From Lingula anatina (taxonomy: Eukaryota > Animalia > Brachiopoda): 64,000 nucleotides of DNA. Each line of letters opens with the position of its first letter. Positions within the stretch are counted from its first letter, which is position 1. The DNA is taken from contig CM120642.1 in the NCBI GenBank assembly GCA_051362555.1, positions 14,012,001 to 14,076,000 on the forward strand, read 5' to 3'. Shown here piece after piece: positions 58,048 to 64,000 of this stretch. A program made the position numbers and the translations under genes. The notes under the pieces are model-generated. The model saw only the letters and a list, made by a program, of their open reading frames with translations, ran no database searches and was not told the origin of the DNA.

Positions 58048-61000
58048 TTTTAACTTATTGATTAATTTATTTTACTCACTAACCATGGGCATGAAGGTTT
58101 TGTTGGGCAGTGTGTCTAATGTTATTGTTTTTTTTTTTCTGTGATTAACCGACCTTGTAAGATGTATGTAATTGGAAGCACTGGTTGCAGATGCACATAT
58201 GCACATGTGAAAGTGTAAAAGTACATAAAGTCTCACTATTTATCAGAGGATGATTCGTTTCTGTTGCAGAACCAATATGAGAAGCAGAAAGTAGTCGTGG
58301 CAGCTCAGGGAGTGAAGCTGATTGCCAAGGACCTAGAGAAGACTCTAGCTGGTCTGCCCCTGTATGTGGCCAGGTATCCAGATGAAATAGAGATATACAA
58401 GGTAAAGAGAAATAAAAATGAAATACATATTCATTTTGTTTTGCTTAAGAGTTAATCATTATAAATTAGAAATCATCCTGTGAAACTAAAAAAGTATGAA
58501 AATATTTATGATTAACTGGAAAATTACAGGAAATTTGATGCATTAATTTTTGGTCATATCATGTTTGTGATAATGTGAATGAAATTTCTTTACTTAAATA
58601 TGCTTAATTGACAAAGCAAATATGTCCCCATGTATGCAGTGTAGTGATGACTCAGGCTAGAGTTTCAGACCTGCTGCCCTCTAGTGAGCAGCTGGATGAG
58701 GAAAACTTACCTCACTGAACATTGCATTTAATTTTTTCTTTTTCGATTTCATTTATTGTAGCTGAAATTGAACCAGGTCAGACAAAGATGGCATAGTTAA
58801 TATTTATTGAGATATTAAATCAATACATAAGATAATTCTCATTATTTGTTTTTGTCATTCCAATTTTGGCCAAAGAATGGCAGTGTATCAAATCCCATTA
58901 AGTCTATTTTAATGAATATATTCTGCCATTTCCAGGAAGAACTGGCCAATGCCCTGAAGGATGTTCTTGGCTCAATCAAGTTGTCTGAGCGTGGAGTGTT
59001 TGTCCAGGCATCCACCTTGGGCTCCTTGGAGGCTCTGCTGGAGTTCCTTAGGACATCGAAAATACCTGTAAGTTTCTAAAAGATGTTAAAATGCTGATGT
59101 TCCTAGAAAGTAATTCAGCATATTTTGATAATGGCTAATTTTTTTATTCATTTTGACAGAAAAAGGAAAAATCATTGCCATGCAGTACTGTCTTTAATTT
59201 GTTAATGGACAGAATTAACCCAACCCAATTCATGATAAAGTATTTACACCACAATATATGACATAGTATTTAGAAACATCTTTGCACAATTACCCTCCAA
59301 TTTGAAGTTAGAAAAAGTACTGTTTATAAGCCAATGCATTACTTTTGCTCCCATATCTCAACAAATGCAGCCAGCTTGACATGATGCCCCACGGGCAGCT
59401 TTCACTTTCTTGATATATGTGTTTATAACATGAAGTCAGAGAGGGCCAGGTAGTTGGTCAGACCCTGACCATGCAAGCATGTGCTCTCTCAGTGCCTGTG
59501 TCTGCCAAGACAAACTAATCTGGTGGAGTTTGTGAACCTTGTGTAGTAATTTGGCCTTCCTGTGGAAAGGGTAACCCAATCTTTAAAGTCACTTACTGCA
59601 AATGACTCATAGGGTGCGTTCACATTCGAGTCATCTAGATCGCTTCTCGCTTGATCTTAATGATGTTAGCGCCAGCTTTACTATTTAAATTGCATTAACT
59701 TGGTACCCCTTCTTTCAATATAAAGTACTGGTTGCTGAGTGTTATGCTGTAGACCAAGTGGCTTGATTATGGGTGATGTTAAGTCTAATCCTGAATCTTT
59801 TATATCCAAAATGTACTGTCAGAGAGAATTAACTTCTTTGGGAGTTAAGGGATTGGACCCCACCCCCCCATTCCCACCCCCCAAAAATATAAATAATAAA
59901 TAATAATAATGATAATGTTTGACATACAGACTAACACATCTCCATTGCTTAGAACCAAAATATGTTTGAAACGTTTTTTAAGATAAACATTATTGATCAT
60001 TCAAACCAAAATAAGAGTAAAATTTTATGTTATAGAAATTTCCATAAATGTCTTGTAAAATTTTGTTAAAGAAATCTGGTTATCTTCTTTTATTGCTTCG
60101 ACTGAGTTTCCACCAATACACTGTAACATGTTTCTGTGTTGTACTTTAAGTTAATGAAAGACTGCAAATTTAGAAAAAATGATATTGTAGGGAGAAAAAA
60201 CGAGCATTTATTGCACATAATTAAGTGTTTTTTTTTTCTTGCAATAGGATCCATTTTTTAGTTATTTACAATCACGCATTGCTTTAAAGATAATATACTT
60301 TTTCTTTTAGTTCTGTTGCTACTTTGCTCTAGATATTTTTTTGCTAAGTTTTTTCTCTGATTTGGCAGTTTGTCATCAAAGGCCTATTTGGTTGATAAAG
60401 ACTGCCAACAAGCGGGCACGTCAGAGCAGTGCTCTTTCACAGAATTACTGTTAAGTAAGGGTTAGTTTACATGTACAATTTTACTAGAATGTCACTTCTT
60501 TTTTTGCATTATTACAGCGAATTTCAAACAGAAAGCACAAATTGTGCATTTGAAGGGTCGTAACATTTGTGAAATTTTATTCTCTGCTTCCTTTTTTTGC
60601 TTTGCTCAGAGGACAAGCGGTCCTTTTCTTACTTCATTACAGCTTGTTAATAGATGTAAATGGCTTTTAACGCGGGGTGTGGCATTGGTTCAATCATCAA
60701 AAGAAATGGAATTGGAAACTAGGCATAAGTTTGTGGCACTCCAGTTAACTCTAGGCGGGTAATCCCCAGACATTTGGTTCTTGTTTTCTTCACCAAAATG
60801 GGAGGCGAAGTTTTGAACAATCATACGAACCTTTTGATTACACACAGGAGACAGGCTGTTTTTTATGTTGCTGTGTACTTCATAGATGCAAAGTGAATTT
60901 GAAAAAATATATAAAATTATAAGTATTCTGAGATTTTGAGTTTTTCTCTTAATTTTTATTGCAAATTAAATGTTTTCCTTTAAGTGTTATTCATATGTTA

Positions 61001-62986
61001 TATTTAAATATGTTACTCTTTTAGTTAGTTTTTTTCCCTTAGTAATGAAAATGTATTTTCAGTTACATTTTTTTTTATGTAAAAGAAATTTTAAAAATTC
61101 CAACCAAGGGTAATGAAAGAAGTTGGGGGTAAAGCTATATCAGAAAATATATTACTACAAGAGATACATAATATATTTTATATATTTACTCTTTTAATTG
61201 TATTATTAAAAAAAAAAGGGATTGACAAAGGAAATTGTCTGAGAAAATGTGACTAGAAGAGGTCTTTTTAGTTTCTACCCTATAATTGTGTAAGTGGAGA
61301 AAAGGAAGTGGATGTGAGGAATCAATTCACTGTTCTTACAACATGTAACTAGAGAAAAGGAAGTCCGTGGCCACGGTCAGTGCACGTTTTCATTCTCCTG
61401 GCATGGAGCTTTTAAAATGCAGGTGCAATTTCAAACTGTTTATTTTAGACTGCAGATTTTATCTGAATAGTTGAATGGGGAACTGTTACTTCTGTCCTGT
61501 CGTGTGCTCCGCGTGAGCTGTTGACTACCACTTAGACAGGTGGCATGGCAGCTGCACAAATTGCCATAAAAAAAGGAAAAAATTACATCTTAGTTAAATT
61601 GGTGGGTGGTGAACTTTTGATACTACCTTTTATCCAGTATTTTTTAAGGCTTCTTTTTTTCAGGAAATTGCCGTCAGATTTTGAGCCAAATACAACTTTT
61701 AGTGAAATATGCAATGAAAAATCTCATTTCAATGAAAAAATAGTTGAAAATTTTGTTGAGTTGGTAGCCATTTTTTGCATGCAGTCATTTTTAGTAATCT
61801 GAACTCCCAATCTTGGAAGTCATCCATATCGCAATAACTTGGATAGGTGCAGATGAAGGCTGTTTAAATGGTGACACTTATTTTATGGATCAGTTGCTGT
61901 AATTGTAACCTAAATTATGGCGTGATATGGTTGCAAGTTGATGAGAACTCTGCCTGTTATTAATGAATGACTGGCAAAATTTTTTGTCTGTAGAAATAGC
62001 TTTGGAACATAACACTGCTGTCTGCTGATATCACTCATCAAAACAACTAGGGCAAATATCATTAGTTTATCGTTATATAAAACTAAAAATTTATACTTTC
62101 CTTCACTCACTTTTGTTGGAAAAAAATAATTCCTCGTGTCATTGAAATTTATATTTTGATCTGTAAGATTACTATGTGGAAATGAATAGATCTATTATGA
62201 ACTGGCTACTGTTTCTTAACTTTATCTTTGATAACCAAAAACATGATATGAGAAATGATCCAAATAAGCCACATCTTTTTTTTGAAAATTCTAGTATGCA
62301 GGTATCAACATTGGTCCTATACACAAGAGAGACATTATGAAGGCATCTGCCATGTTGGATCACGATAGTCAGTAAGTGGAAAACAATCACAGTCATATTA
62401 TATTGGCATAATATCACTATTGTTTTAGTTGAAATCAGTTTATGAATATGAAAAGTTTCATAAATTTGATAGTGATTGGCTGGTTGGTTCGAGAAATGCC
62501 AGCATCACAGCCAAAATGCCTTTTTAAGAGATTGATTTTTATTGAAAATTGCATTAAGCTAATATGGCCTTTGGCTTGTAGGGCTGAAATTCTGGTAATG
62601 ATTTTTTCAAGTATAATTCAGGAGAAGCATAATAACTTTTTTATATAAGTGTTATTAATTGTTATTTATTTATTTATTTCAGATATGCAGTAGTTTTAGC
62701 ATTTGATGTTAAAGTGGACAGAGATGCACAAGAGATGGCAGACAGTCTGGGTGTGAAAATCTTCTCTGCAGACATCATCTACCATTTGTTTGATCAGTTC
62801 ATGGCCTACAGAGAAGAACTGAAAAAGAAGAAACAAGATGAGTTCAAACATATAGCTGTGTTCCCCTGTAAACTCAGGATTTTACCGCAGTTTGTATTCA
62901 ACAGTCGCGACCCTATTGTGTGTGGAGTCCAGATCGAGGCTGGTTTTATTAAAGAGGGGACACCATTATGTGTACCTAGCAAAGAA
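44582..62986 (+). CDS. EIF5B: Eukaryotic translation initiation factor 5B, 3'-truncated by the window; about 22 exons seen, including 44582-44628, 46109-46226, 46932-47422, 50811-50918, 51519-51629, 56195-56262, 56466-56607, 58935-59066, 62295-62371, 62683-62986
   Basis: Highly charged K/E/D N-terminus; [108 protein letters not shown]. Confidence 0.98.
50951..51104. mobile_element. Degenerate MITE in an EIF5B intron
   Basis: aaaacttaaaatcagttcc versus ggaactgattgaagtttttt inverted subterminal sequence; ends ggggcc. Confidence 0.5.
51847..53840 (+). mobile_element. Non-autonomous Helentron-type (HINE/DINE-1-like) element 1 with a central tandem array
   Basis: 5' hairpin agtaccaccagcg-tgta-cgctggcggtact; GC-rich microsatellite-like core; 3' sub-TIR gctggtggtac (53791-53801); stem-loop ggaggcg-gtat-cgcctct; ends ctagtt; TT insertion site. 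Confidence 0.85.
52621..53500 (+). repeat. Tandem array of about 6 units of about 145 bp inside HINE 1
   Basis: tatctccaaaac.. starts at 52621, 52767, 52912, 53056 and 53201, with degenerate starts at about 53343 and 53478. Confidence 0.95.
53872..56190 (+). mobile_element. Non-autonomous Helentron-type element 2, internally duplicated (about 53892-54777 and 54800-55963), with (GCCGAT)n and about 160-bp subrepeats
   Basis: 5' hairpin tatgtacagacaca-ga-tgtgtctgtacata; microsatellite 53931-53976; subrepeats at 54944, 55104 and 55263; 3' sub-TIR tgtctgtacat (56157-56167), stem-loop cagc-ttt-gctg, end cttgttt. Confidence 0.8.
57988..58049. repeat. (TTTA)n microsatellite
   Basis: About 15 tetramer units. 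Confidence 0.97.
58634..58727 (+). ncRNA. Intronic C/D box snoRNA, SNORD52/snR78-like
   Basis: 9-bp terminal stem atgcagtgt/acattgcat; C box GTGATGA 58644-58650; D' CAGA 58666-58669; C' TGGATGA; D box CTGA 58715-58718. The guide caggctagagtt is complementary (2 G-U pairs) to the recalled conserved 28S GACUCUAGUCUG. Confidence 0.85.
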
Positions 62987-64000
62987 GTAAGTTTACGAAG
63001 TCAGTGTTGTAGTCCATCCTAATTTTTCTTGCAATTTAAGAAACTTTAGACATTTTCCTTTCAAAAAGTTACAGATATTTTTTCTTCTTTTTTCTTCTTA
63101 CTTTCCAATGTGCAGTATGTGAAGTATTATCCAGAACCATTGCAGGCTTACTGCAATTTGTATGACAAGCATTGCTTAAGAATCCCGACTTTTAACTCGT
63201 TTAGTTTTACGTTATTTTGATACAAATAATGGACTTAACAAATCTACAAAGATGACACATTGCATTCTCTTCCCTACCACTGGTACTGGCCACTGATGTT
63301 TCACCTCATTTTACACTAAAAAAACTTGTCCTGTCAGTGGACAAGTGCAACATCAGTTATCAACCCACAGGAGGACTTTGTCACCATAGTCCTTCAAGAT
63401 TTGTGATGATTGAGGTCCACTCATAGATTCAAACAATATTTAACATCAGTGTTTTAATCCAGCATACACATGCGCATAGCCTTCTCCACGAGTTCTAATA
63501 TCTGTAAGCTTTATGCATATGTAGAACATAATATATAGAGAATATTTTGAATTATCTCTACTGGGAGCAGATACTTTTGTTATATATATGGCTACATTGA
63601 TATAATTTGGTTAGAGCAAGGTTTAAAGGGAAATTCCGACAGCTGATACTATTAATGCTACTGAAGTTAATGTACAATAGCTGTATGGAATGCCTTAGTC
63701 AAGGGAGAAAGGAAAGGAGGGAGAATTTCTGCAATTATCACAAGTAAAATGAAGATGTTTGAAGGAAGTTCTTGTTTTAAGTAAATTCCTCGCTTTGACC
63801 CCCAGGTTGCTCCATCCGACCAACATAAATGCTCTCTTTGAAAATGTTGTGGTTAGGAATTCTTCAACCTTTCCCCATTTCCTGGTGCCTTGTTTTCCCT
63901 GGCATGGTTCATTAGGTGCACTCTGTTAGTTTATGGACCAAATCATGCCATCTCTGCATTGAAGGTAGCTTCTGCATAGGTGGTTTCCCCTAGGTTTTGG

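Noticed and set aside
60456-60467. CTAACCCT telomerase-template-like 8-mer on the minus strand
   Set aside because: Short chance match with no recognisable pseudoknot or H/ACA domain

Overview
AT-rich, intron-containing animal DNA. It is probably an invertebrate such as a lophotrochozoan; this is inferred from repeat types, not proven. The window is a compact block of seven housekeeping genes: the 3' part of RRM1 (+), OBI1/RNF219 (-), SLC10A7 (+) with an intronless AASDHPPT nested on the same strand in its first intron, RBM26/27 (-), SPATA5/AFG2A (+), and most of EIF5B (+, continues past the window). There are two head-to-head promoters. Non-coding highlights: (i) two copies of an unidentified structured intronic RNA-like element in RBM26/27 introns, with an identical 21-nt core, covarying stems and a 3' ACA; (ii) a SNORD52/snR78-like C/D snoRNA in an EIF5B intron with a second, orphan U1-like guide; (iii) two Helentron-type non-autonomous elements, one inserted into the polypyrimidine tract of an essential EIF5B exon and one carrying an array of DR1 motifs; (iv) CAG..CTG MITEs with 6-bp target duplications; (v) a foldback palindrome and a template-switch triplication. 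Exon coordinates were read by eye from GT/AG sites plus recalled protein homology and may be off by a few bases. No database searches were run.
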